Source: Minisyncoccota bacterium (GTDB taxonomy: Bacteria > Patescibacteriota > Minisyncoccia > Phycocordibacterales > PALSA-1337). Taken from it: a stretch of 64,000 bases of DNA. The notes below the pieces were generated by a model. The model did not search any database, was not told the DNA's origin, and saw only the letters and a list, made by a program, of their open reading frames with translations. Below, one piece after another: positions 55,852 through 64,000 of this stretch. Made by a program: the position numbers and the translations under genes. Each line of letters starts with the position of its first letter. Positions within the stretch are counted from its first letter, which is position 1. The stretch is taken from the NCBI GenBank assembly GCA_041665385.1, contig JBAYIX010000002.1, forward strand, positions 50,932-114,931, written 5' to 3'.

Positions 55852-55869
55852 GGTGAACGAGTGTTCACC
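55852..55869 (-). promoter_or_regulatory. Candidate LexA operator (Gram-positive-type SOS box GAAC-N4-GTTC) overlapping a TATACT -10 element
   Basis: GGTGAACGAGTGTTCACC perfect palindrome; its reverse complement is followed by TATACT, then 7 nt to the ATG at 55839. Confidence 0.5.
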
Positions 55870-55899
55870 GTCAAGAAAAACTGTGGATAACTAGCAGTA

Positions 55900-57585
55900 T
55901 TATTGAAAATATTCTGGCGTATTCGCATCCATCCAATCTAGTTGCTGGCGCATAGCCGCGGCGGCACCGATGAGGTTGTGTACAGAACCGCTCTCCATAA
56001 TTACCACAAATGCATACTTGGGTTTTTCATAGGGCCAAAAGCCAGTGATCCAGGAGTTTACTTTATTCTTACTCACGCCGAGCTCGGCGGTACCGGACTT
56101 GCCGGCAATGTTTGCAAATGGCACATTCAATGCCTTGCTCGTACCCTCGGTAACACTGAGACGCATGCCTTCTTGCACAATGCGAAAATTCTTTTCGGCA
56201 ACATTGAGTATATGGTCAACAGGCAAGACTTCCCCTTTGCGTATGGATGGCGTGAGAAGCACCCCGTTGTTGGCGATAGCGGCGACAGCTCGGACTATCT
56301 GCACAGGTGTCACCTGGAAACCGTACTGACCGATAGCGGTATGATAAGTGTCGCCAATGTACCAATCTTCATCAAAAGTTTTTTTCTTCCATTCAGGCGT
56401 AGGGATGGTGCCCGCCTTGCCATGGACGAAGGAAGGAAGAGTGGATGATCCAAAACTAAATATGCGCAAGTATTTGTCTATATTGAGTATGCCTAGACCT
56501 TTTTGACCCTTGTATCCCCCGCCCACCTGGTAAAAGTACACATCAGAAGATTGCGCTATGGCATGGCGCATATCTATGGGGCCATGATTTTTCCAGTCAC
56601 GAAATAAAGTGGACTTTGTATCATCGTATGGATTTGGGATCGATATGGAACCGTTCGTAACTATGATAGTGGACGGGTCGATGATTTTTTCTTCGAGAAC
56701 GCCTATAGCAACATACGGCTTCACGATGGAACCGGGTGTATACAAGCCATCTACCGCCCGATCCAGGAATGGCAAGGTGCTGTCATTGAGAAGAGCTCTG
56801 ACCTTGGCTGTGTCGGTACGATCCGACATGACTTGTGGACTATATTCCGGGTAGCTAGTGAGAGCAATAATCTCACCATTGGTCACATCCATGATAACCC
56901 CCGCCCCACCTGTAAAGCCCACCCTCTCGGCAATATCCTTTATGTTTGCATAAAGTGCGGACTGTACCCTGCTGTCTATGGAAAGTGTGATATTGCCACC
57001 CTGATCAGGCGGACGGATAGTATTTTCGGATATTATCTTGCCTTGTGCATCCACCTCGACCAAACGCGAGCCATTCGATCCTTGGAGGTCTTGGTTGTAA
57101 TACTTCTCTACACCGTCTATACCTTGAAAATCCTCCTGGTAATAAAAGCCATTAGAATCCTTTGACGGATACTGAACATAGCCGATCACATGAGCGAGAC
57201 CGGTAGTCGTGGCATATTCGCGTACAGAGATGGAATAACGAGCGTCGGCACTAGTCGTAGCGATAGTCGCCTTCGGAGAATTCCAGACCAATAACTTACC
57301 ATTCCTGTCATAGATGACACCTCGACCGGCAAACAATGGCACAGGCCGGAGAATATTCTTTTCACTACGCAGACGGTAGCTCTGGCCGTTTGCGACCTGA
57401 AGTTTCCAGGCCTGTGCGACAAATACTGCCATAATAATAAAAAATATGCCGATCAGGGAGTAGAGCGAAACCTTCGATATGGGCTTTTCTAGACGCCCCT
57501 CGAGCTGGGTGGTATCGTAATCCGGCAAATTACTCGAATCGAGCAGTATCTCTTCGGGATTGATTTCTATGTATTTCTTATTCAC
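55900..57585 (-). CDS. mrdA: Penicillin-binding protein 2 (elongasome transpeptidase)
   Basis: SxxK (GSIVKP), SSD and KSGTAE motifs. Downstream of mreBCD. Confidence 0.8.
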   Translation of the reverse strand: MNKKYIEINPEEILLDSSNLPDYDTTQLEGRLEKPISKVSLYSLIGIFFIIMAVFVAQAWKLQVANGQSYRLRSEKNILRPVPLFAGRGVIYDRNGKLLVWNSPKATIATTSADARYSISVREYATTTGLAHVIGYVQYPSKDSNGFYYQEDFQGIDGVEKYYNQDLQGSNGSRLVEVDAQGKIISENTIRPPDQGGNITLSIDSRVQSALYANIKDIAERVGFTGGAGVIMDVTNGEIIALTSYPEYSPQVMSDRTDTAKVRALLNDSTLPFLDRAVDGLYTPGSIVKPYVAIGVLEEKIIDPSTIIVTNGSISIPNPYDDTKSTLFRDWKNHGPIDMRHAIAQSSDVYFYQVGGGYKGQKGLGILNIDKYLRIFSFGSSTLPSFVHGKAGTIPTPEWKKKTFDEDWYIGDTYHTAIGQYGFQVTPVQIVRAVAAIANNGVLLTPSIRKGEVLPVDHILNVAEKNFRIVQEGMRLSVTEGTSKALNVPFANIAGKSGTAELGVSKNKVNSWITGFWPYEKPKYAFVVIMESGSVHNLIGAAAAMRQQLDWMDANTPEYFQ

Positions 57586-57606
57586 AGAAAAATTGTATCA
57601 CACGGT

Positions 57607-57891
57607 TCACCTGCGAACTATCCTTTTTGCAAAAAATATAACAATGAAAAAGACTGATGTGACAATAGTACCAACATATCCATATATACCTTGAGCTCCG
57701 GCCATACCAAAAAGACTGTCATAAAAAATACCGGCGAGGATAAGCTCGAAATAAAATGGAAAACTCCAAGCTCCAATAAGGAGGACAGGTAAGGCAACAA
57801 ACCACCAACCTTGAATAAGGAAAATTACAACCAAGATATCGGCGAATATCCTATAATAAAAACTTTTTTTCATTTTGATATTAGCACCCAC
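57607..57891 (-). CDS. mreD: Rod shape-determining protein MreD-like (small polytopic membrane protein)
   Basis: 94 aa, at least 3 TM helices. Operon position after mreC. Confidence 0.45.
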   Translation of the reverse strand: MGANIKMKKSFYYRIFADILVVIFLIQGWWFVALPVLLIGAWSFPFYFELILAGIFYDSLFGMAGAQGIYGYVGTIVTSVFFIVIFFAKRIVRR

Positions 57892-58751
57892 CTAGACTGG
57901 AATATATTTACCGGCGGAGAAAAGAGTACAGTCACAAAAGGTTGCGCTGGGTCGCTAATAACAGCATTTACTATGCCAAAGGGCTTGTCCCAAAGCGAAG
58001 GCACGATGACGCTATCACCCTCCTTCACCTGAGCCGACCTAGGCAGCTCTGCAGAATACTGACCTCCGCCTCGACCGACGGCAGTGGCGAGAATATTCCC
58101 TGAGCCAACCAGAACCTGATGTGTCTGCTTTGGCGAGGAATACAACAGCACCTTCGATGTGCGTGACAAAACTTCACTAATGGTGCCTATGAGCACTTGT
58201 TCCGAAGCATAGACGCGGTCCCCAGGAGCAAAACCCATATCCTCACCACCACTCACAACAAACTCATCGTAAGGTGCAAATGGTGGGCGGACCAAAACAG
58301 GTGCAAGTATCTTGCCGGAGGCACGCCTCTCCTCGCTATTGGTTCCGGTCAGACTCGGAGTCGAGGTAGAACTGGAGCTATTTACAAAGATTTGCCTTTC
58401 AGATATGACGCCGATAATATTCGGAGTAGTTTTCGTAATACCAAACAGTGCCTTCAGCTCCTCATTTTCTTTCTCCACCGAAAGAATACTGCCCATCCTC
58501 ATCTCCATATCAGAAAGTCGACGCCTGAGATCTTCATTCTCGGCCACGAGAGAACCCGGCGAACGGAGCGACCCACTCCCTATAGCAAACTCTGCTTGCC
58601 AAAAAGGCGTAGCGATGCTGGAAAATATTCCCGACAGCAGATGTGGCACAAAAAATTGCAGTCCTACGAAAAGAATAAGAAAGAAAATGACAAAAAAAGC
58701 CGCGATCTTTTGACCCATTCTCCTGGGATTTTGAGTTCTATTGATGTACAT
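57870..58751 (-). CDS. mreC: Rod shape-determining protein MreC
   Basis: N-terminal TM segment, coiled-coil, and a beta-rich C-terminal domain. Operon position after mreB. Confidence 0.65.
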   Translation of the reverse strand: MYINRTQNPRRMGQKIAAFFVIFFLILFVGLQFFVPHLLSGIFSSIATPFWQAEFAIGSGSLRSPGSLVAENEDLRRRLSDMEMRMGSILSVEKENEELKALFGITKTTPNIIGVISERQIFVNSSSSTSTPSLTGTNSEERRASGKILAPVLVRPPFAPYDEFVVSGGEDMGFAPGDRVYASEQVLIGTISEVLSRTSKVLLYSSPKQTHQVLVGSGNILATAVGRGGGQYSAELPRSAQVKEGDSVIVPSLWDKPFGIVNAVISDPAQPFVTVLFSPPVNIFQSRWVLISK

Positions 58752-59793
58752 CGTCAGATTCGAGGAGGACGCTCCTGTATTTTTCTAAGTCCTCGAGAAT
58801 GATACCTGCCCCTCGAGCTATGGCCGTGAGAGGATCGTCGGCAACGGTTACAGGGATCTTGAGAGTAGCCATGAGGAGAGAGTCCAGACCCTTTATGAGT
58901 GCTCCGCCACCGACCATATATATGCCACGTTTCATGATGTCGGCCAATATTTCCGGCGGAGTGGTCTCTAGCACCTGACGCGTCGCATCGACTATGACTT
59001 CTACAGACTGGGCCATAGCTTCGCGAATATCCGAGTCGGTGATGACTACTTCGCGAGGCAAACCAGTGATGAGATCTCGACCGCGAATAGTCGTCTCCAC
59101 AGGATCACCGGGTAGGACCACACCCACACTGATCTTGACTTGTTCTGCGGTAGCTTCACCGATGAGAATTTTGAATTCGTTACGAATATAGGAAATGATA
59201 TCATTGTTAAATTTGTCGCCAGCTATTTTCAGATTTGCAGAACGGACTATACCACCGAGAGAGATCACGGCTATGTCGGTCGTACCGCCACCAATATCGA
59301 TAACCATACTGCCAACCGGCTCATGAATGGGTAGACGAATACCTATAGCTCCGGCCATGGGCTGTTCTACGACATATACTTCGCGTGCGCCTGCATTCTT
59401 TGTGGCATCGCGGACAGCGCGAACTTCTACATTTGTAACGCCGGAAGGTACACCCACGACTACACGCGGACCCATAAGTTTCTTGGGTAGATATTCCCCA
59501 GCACGCTTCATGAGGTACGAGAGCATCTCTTCTGTAACCTCGAAGTCAGAGATAACACCATCTACGAGAGGTCTCACCGCTACGATATGGGTCGGAGTGC
59601 GACCGAGCATTTCCTTGGCTGTCGTGCCTATGGCGACTACCTGGCCGGTCTTTTGGTTCACAGCCACAACGGAGGGTTCATTCACAACTATGCCTTTGCC
59701 GCGTACATAGACGAGAGTATTGGCCGTGCCAAGGTCAATGCCAATGTCATTGGATAGTCGGGAAAACAACTTATCTTTTCTTTCCTTGAACAT
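58738..59793 (-). CDS. mreB: Rod shape-determining actin homologue MreB
   Basis: Actin-fold phosphate-1/-2 and adenosine motifs (DLGTANT, DIGGGTTD). Confidence 0.9.
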   Translation of the reverse strand: MFKERKDKLFSRLSNDIGIDLGTANTLVYVRGKGIVVNEPSVVAVNQKTGQVVAIGTTAKEMLGRTPTHIVAVRPLVDGVISDFEVTEEMLSYLMKRAGEYLPKKLMGPRVVVGVPSGVTNVEVRAVRDATKNAGAREVYVVEQPMAGAIGIRLPIHEPVGSMVIDIGGGTTDIAVISLGGIVRSANLKIAGDKFNNDIISYIRNEFKILIGEATAEQVKISVGVVLPGDPVETTIRGRDLITGLPREVVITDSDIREAMAQSVEVIVDATRQVLETTPPEILADIMKRGIYMVGGGALIKGLDSLLMATLKIPVTVADDPLTAIARGAGIILEDLEKYRSVLLESDDVHQ

Positions 59794-59858
59794 AGCTCAT
59801 ACATTAACACAAAGATAATGTTGGGGTAATTGACAAAGAGAAAATATAATTACCAAGC

Positions 59859-61649
59859 TTACACAATATCCTTGAGCTTATCCTTGTACTTCACATACAT
59901 GAACGAAGCCGCGAGAGCAATGATACCAAAGACGATGAACGATACGATGCGATACAACTGTCCCAAATTCCAGACATCTATGACCACCTTGCAGGCAGTG
60001 AGGATAAAGAGAAAGAGTCCCATGCGGCGCACGGCGGCATAGTTCCTGGCAAAACCGATGATAGTGAGGAGAGCCGCATATAGAGCCCAGACTATAGAAA
60101 CGGCAGTGTTCGAAGTATTCTTTATCGCACTATATGCCGCATCGCCATAACCATGCCCGCGAAGCTCTATACCATAATACGCGGTGACCTGTGTGGTGAG
60201 AGCATAGACTGTGAGGATATTTGCAATAATAACAAAAGCCGATATTCCCTTCTTTTGTATATCAGGAGTTATACTGCCGTAGCGATAGTAGACGAAAGCA
60301 TTTGCATAAGCGACCAATATCGATACAGCGAGGAGAACAAAAGGAGCATTGAATATGACTACAAAGTCCGCCGGCATGCCGAAGGTAAAGATATAGTAGA
60401 ACATGCGTATAAGGGCGAGGACATAGACTGTAGCTCCCATGACTTGGAATCCCCTACTCGAAGACTTCGATGCAACGATATACAGGATCACAGACTCGAT
60501 GAACCACCACAGCGCTATCCAAGGACCTGAGAAATGTACTGCTACAGCCGCAGTGAGAAAGGCTACAGACAAGCCAGGAAGGAAAATGTTTATCGTGCGA
60601 TCCGCAGGATTTTCTTTGAAAGCAACGAGAGCAATAACTCCATAAAATATTGCTACCAGGACTGCGCCAATAGCGACGAAGTCCTCATATTTTGGCGTGA
60701 GTAGGAGATATGTGACAATAGCGAACGATAGCGCGGTAACAGAGAGGATAGCAAAGTCAGATTCCTTGGCATTCCTCTTTTCGATGATTATGCGGACCAG
60801 AGAGGAAGCATTGAAGATGAGGAACTGCAAGAGGATGAAGAATAATGTAGGTACCAGAAGGTCTTCTTGATAAGAAGTCGCTAGCCACGAACCGAAGTGT
60901 ATCCATGTACCAGCGAGACCGATGACTGCGAGCACGTCCCATTTCTTGTATACGAGTATGCCTAGCATACCACCGTTCAGGATAGTGAGGTATGTAAAGG
61001 TGACCGTAGGACCGAGCAGACTCACACCTATGACCATAGGGGCGAAGTAGCCACCGATAAGGGCGATGACCGAGAGGGACTGTGTAGCATTTGCAAGACT
61101 AATGAGTACACCCACTACCGTGATGACGATGAGGCCGAGGAATGCTGTCATAGGATCTACTAGATGGTATAGCGAAAATGCAGAATAGACCGAGAGGTAC
61201 AATACTGCCAAGCCACCACCCATGAGTAGGTCAGAGTAGCCGAGATATTTCTTCCGGAGCCATTGACCGAGAGCGAGGAGGATCATACCCGCTAGGATAC
61301 CTATCATGACCCTACCTGCAGGGCCGACCCAGTTATTATCAAATGCATACTTTAGGAAAAATCCAATACCTATCACAAGTGCACCTATACCTATCCTGCC
61401 CAAAATTCTTCCGGACATTTCTTCTCCAGAGACTGCGGAGGATTGTGGTGTAGGAGCTACAGGCAAGATGGAACCAAGAGGTGTGGGTGGCGTGTGGGGC
61501 ATATTCGCAACAGGCATCGATGGCAATACTTCCGGTGATACAGGCTTCTGTGCAGGAGCACTACCCTGTATAAGTCTTTCCAACCTGCTTATCCTACTAC
61601 CCTGATAAAGGAACAAAACCACAACCACTACGAGTATTATGAACGTCAT
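59859..61649 (-). CDS. Polytopic membrane protein (about 14 TM helices), DUF2339-like
   Basis: N-terminal cytoplasmic Pro-rich segment followed by many TM helices. No catalytic motif recognised. Confidence 0.4.
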   Translation of the reverse strand: MTFIILVVVVVLFLYQGSRISRLERLIQGSAPAQKPVSPEVLPSMPVANMPHTPPTPLGSILPVAPTPQSSAVSGEEMSGRILGRIGIGALVIGIGFFLKYAFDNNWVGPAGRVMIGILAGMILLALGQWLRKKYLGYSDLLMGGGLAVLYLSVYSAFSLYHLVDPMTAFLGLIVITVVGVLISLANATQSLSVIALIGGYFAPMVIGVSLLGPTVTFTYLTILNGGMLGILVYKKWDVLAVIGLAGTWIHFGSWLATSYQEDLLVPTLFFILLQFLIFNASSLVRIIIEKRNAKESDFAILSVTALSFAIVTYLLLTPKYEDFVAIGAVLVAIFYGVIALVAFKENPADRTINIFLPGLSVAFLTAAVAVHFSGPWIALWWFIESVILYIVASKSSSRGFQVMGATVYVLALIRMFYYIFTFGMPADFVVIFNAPFVLLAVSILVAYANAFVYYRYGSITPDIQKKGISAFVIIANILTVYALTTQVTAYYGIELRGHGYGDAAYSAIKNTSNTAVSIVWALYAALLTIIGFARNYAAVRRMGLFLFILTACKVVIDVWNLGQLYRIVSFIVFGIIALAASFMYVKYKDKLKDIV

Positions 61650-61689
61650 AAAATTGGGTTATATATTATGACGCAATTATAGCGCTAAC

Positions 61690-62943
61690 TCAGAGATCTT
61701 TCATCCCCACCATATCCACTTTGCCTGTGGCGCGATCCTTGGTCTCTACACTATCCTTTGCAAGAGTTTTTTCACTTACTATTATGCGCTTGGGTATGCC
61801 TATGAGGTCGGAGTCGGAAAACTTCTCGCCAGCACCACAGTCGCGGTCGTCGTATAGGACTTCGGTTCCCTGCTTGGTCATTTTCTCATAAAGTTCGTCT
61901 GCCACCTTCTTTACCGTTCCACTTTCATTCATGAGGGCGATGAGGTGCACAGCGAAAGGCGCCACAGACTCGGGCCAGATGATGCCCTTGTCGTCACTGT
62001 GTATCTCCACTATCGTACCCATAGCGCGACCAGGACCTATGCCATAGCTTCCCATGACTACCGGTAGTGTCTTCCCCTCTTCATCCTTGTATGTGAGACC
62101 GAGCGGCTCGGAAAAGCGCGTACCCAAGGTAAAGATATTGCCTACTTCTATGGCTTTCTTCTCTACGAGGTCGGACCTCGCTATACCGAGCTCCGTGAGC
62201 ACTTCGTCTGTGAGTACTTCTTTGTTCACTGCTATCTTCTTTGCTTCGTGGACATATACTATATCTTCGCCGGCTTCACAGACAGTCTGAAATTCATGAG
62301 AATACTTGGAAAAAGATCCGCCACTTGCAAAAGTTACGTAAGTTTCCGAACCTATTCCTAGTCGGTCGAATATGCGTATATAAGCCTGCTTTGCACGTTC
62401 ATAAAATGTCGCCTGTTCCTCTGCAGAGCGTGAAAAAGAATACAAGTCCTTCATGAGGAATTCCCTGCCACGGAGTATGCCGGACTTAGCACGCTGTTCG
62501 TTGCGGAACTTTGTCTGGAACTGGTACACAGCTGTTGGAAGATCGCGGAAAGACCGTATGTGGTCCTTCATGAGCATAGTGAGTGCCTCTTCATGGGTAA
62601 ATGCCAGGCCGAGCTCGGCACCATTTTTGAGAGTAGTCTTGAACCAGTTGTCGACTACAGCATCGCTCCAGCGGTCGGTCTTCTCCCAAGTCTCCTTGTT
62701 CTGGAGAGCGGTGAGATGGAGTTCCTGACCACCTAGGGAATTCATCTCTTCTCGGATGATGCCTACGATCTTGTTTAGCACGCGGAGACCCAGAGGTAGG
62801 TAGGAGTAAGCTCCGGCCATCTCTTTGTGGATAAAACCAGCACGGATGAGGAGCTGTGCATTCTTTGCTACCTCATCCTTCGGTGCCTCACGACGCGTCT
62901 TGGTAAAAAGTTGGGATTGTTTCATTGCACAATGATACAACAA
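61690..62943 (-). CDS. proS: Prolyl-tRNA synthetase (short form lacking an editing insertion)
   Basis: Class IIa motifs 1-3 (FRNEQRAKSGILRGREF, GSYGIG) and a C-terminal anticodon-binding domain. 417 aa. Confidence 0.8.
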   Translation of the reverse strand: MLYHCAMKQSQLFTKTRREAPKDEVAKNAQLLIRAGFIHKEMAGAYSYLPLGLRVLNKIVGIIREEMNSLGGQELHLTALQNKETWEKTDRWSDAVVDNWFKTTLKNGAELGLAFTHEEALTMLMKDHIRSFRDLPTAVYQFQTKFRNEQRAKSGILRGREFLMKDLYSFSRSAEEQATFYERAKQAYIRIFDRLGIGSETYVTFASGGSFSKYSHEFQTVCEAGEDIVYVHEAKKIAVNKEVLTDEVLTELGIARSDLVEKKAIEVGNIFTLGTRFSEPLGLTYKDEEGKTLPVVMGSYGIGPGRAMGTIVEIHSDDKGIIWPESVAPFAVHLIALMNESGTVKKVADELYEKMTKQGTEVLYDDRDCGAGEKFSDSDLIGIPKRIIVSEKTLAKDSVETKDRATGKVDMVGMKDL

Positions 62944-63053
62944 AGTAGGAATCTTGCCTATTTGACTAATGAGTGCAGAATGTATCTGAGGTTAGTCATT
63001 TGACGTTGTGGCACATAAAGTAACCTGGACTCGAATAACCTCAAAAACTTTCC

Positions 63054-64000
63054 TTACATGATAAACTCCTCAAAAGAATCCTTGTTTATAACCGTCACAT
63101 CCGCTGTATAAGTATCCACAAAAGATTTTGGGATTCTAAATGTCGAGTCCGACCATTTGAATTCATAGCCATGAATTTTGTCTTCGGATTCTTCAACATA
63201 GTCAACCTCCGCACCGCCAAGGCTCCTCCAGAAATAATAATTGGCGTAACGAAGAGAATAATGCATCTTTTTTCTACGCTCAATGATACAGAAGTTTTCC
63301 CACAAAGCCCCCACATCATCACGGATCGTAAGTGGTGTTAGGCGCTGGATAAGACTATTTCTGATACCGAGATCATAAAAATATATCTTTTGTTTTTTTC
63401 CTATTTCATTTCTTGGATTGCGCGACAATGCGGTCAACCTGAAAATAACAAAGGCTTTTTCCAATAAGTCGATGTATCTCGTAACGATTTTTGTTGACAC
63501 CTCGAGTTTGGTAGCTATCTCATTTATCGACACCTCGCGTCCCACCTGAAAAGCCAACAGCTGAAGAAGCTTTAGTAGTAGATCGGGCTTGCGGATATCT
63601 TCAAAATCAAAAAGGTCTTTGTATAGATATTGATTTGAAATAGTCTGAAGAAGTGTTGTCACTTCACTGTCCGATTTTCCAATCAAAGCCGGGTAGGCTC
63701 CATAGCGAAGCAGATGAGGTAGTGACGCTTTTGCTTCCCTGTTTCCTATAGTCAAATACAGTTCCTGATACGAGATGGGATACAATATAAATTCTATAGC
63801 TCTTCCTGTAAGAGGCTCATTGATTTTATTGGACAGATCGAAACTGGACGAGCCGGTGGCAATGATCTGTATATCGGGATATGTGTCAATGAGTAACTTC
63901 AACGTTGTGCCGATATCCTTCACTTTCTGAGCTTCGTCTAAGATAAAGAACTTGCCTTCACCAAGAAATTTTTTTAATCTCTCGGGATTTTGGTCTTCAA
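63054..64000 (-). CDS. AAA+ ATPase of the DUF4143 type, 5'-partial. The ORF stays open to the window end.
   Basis: The upstream continuation of the frame reads GEGKFFILDEAQK (Walker B). C-terminal DUF4143-like region. Confidence 0.5.
   Translation of the reverse strand, partial: EDQNPERLKKFLGEGKFFILDEAQKVKDIGTTLKLLIDTYPDIQIIATGSSSFDLSNKINEPLTGRAIEFILYPISYQELYLTIGNREAKASLPHLLRYGAYPALIGKSDSEVTTLLQTISNQYLYKDLFDFEDIRKPDLLLKLLQLLAFQVGREVSINEIATKLEVSTKIVTRYIDLLEKAFVIFRLTALSRNPRNEIGKKQKIYFYDLGIRNSLIQRLTPLTIRDDVGALWENFCIIERRKKMHYSLRYANYYFWRSLGGAEVDYVEESEDKIHGYEFKWSDSTFRIPKSFVDTYTADVTVINKDSFEEFIM

Noticed and set aside
50723-55890. DnaA-box-like 9-mers (TGTGGATAA at 50745-50753 and 55882-55890; CTATCCACA at 50723-50731), considered as a possible oriC
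   Set aside because: Only two perfect and one imperfect box, no adjacent dnaA/dnaN, and no A+T-rich unwinding element. About 0.5 perfect 9-mer matches are expected by chance in 64 kb on both strands.
1-64000. CRISPR arrays and rRNA genes
   Set aside because: No regularly spaced direct repeats with unique spacers and no rRNA-like conserved segments were seen. The only tandem repeat is the 7-nt x4.5 microsatellite at 55592-55623.

Overview
This 64-kb window looks like the chromosome of a small-genome bacterium, with about 48% G+C by eye, broken up by several clearly A+T-rich islands. The housekeeping genes are unusually short, in the style of candidate-phyla-radiation (Patescibacteria) bacteria: DnaX gamma/tau is 339 aa, ValRS 717 aa, ProRS 417 aa without an editing insertion, and there are AspRS/AsnRS paralogues of the archaeal type.

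The core backbone includes:
- dnaX, dusB-like, a PBP5-type carboxypeptidase, ftsQ-like, serS, dprA, cysteine desulfurase;
- two sensor histidine kinases with 7TM sensor domains, coaC/coaB, plsC, valS;
- a truncated dcw cluster (mraZ-rsmH-ftsL-ftsI-murF, no murE);
- an SOS cassette (LexA box - small ORF - lexA - dinB);
- an mreBCD-mrdA operon, and proS.

There are two tRNAs, tRNA-Gln(UUG) and tRNA-Glu(CUC), and each has a nearby partial duplicate of one of its ends. A C-terminal fragment of a large serine recombinase at the left edge runs antisense into tRNA-Gln, which marks an integrative-element boundary.

The most notable items are:
1. A family of intergenic giant-hairpin elements. Each has 35-41-bp perfect or near-perfect stems that differ completely between copies, and a conserved 34-38-nt loop core (shared AGTTGTGCAGGGTC block; two copies have 100% identical loops). 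There are also larger compound hairpins.
2. A graspetide-type ATP-grasp maturase (MvdD/MdnC-like) with an unannotated 50-aa precursor gene immediately downstream.
3. A tandem set of three small, unannotated, acidic Cys/Thr/Asp-rich peptide genes next to an M16 peptidase. Paralogues of the same A+T-rich ~170-aa protein flank both peptide loci.
4. An A+T-rich four-gene nucleoside-modifying island between aspS and asnS: a phosphoribosyltransferase, an SHMT-like PLP enzyme fused to a Pol-beta-type nucleotidyltransferase, a SAM methyltransferase and a PNP-family nucleoside phosphorylase.
5. A tandem array of five paralogous small 2-TM membrane-protein genes.
6. Abrupt intragenic G+C shifts inside both histidine kinases.

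No CRISPR array or rRNA was seen.
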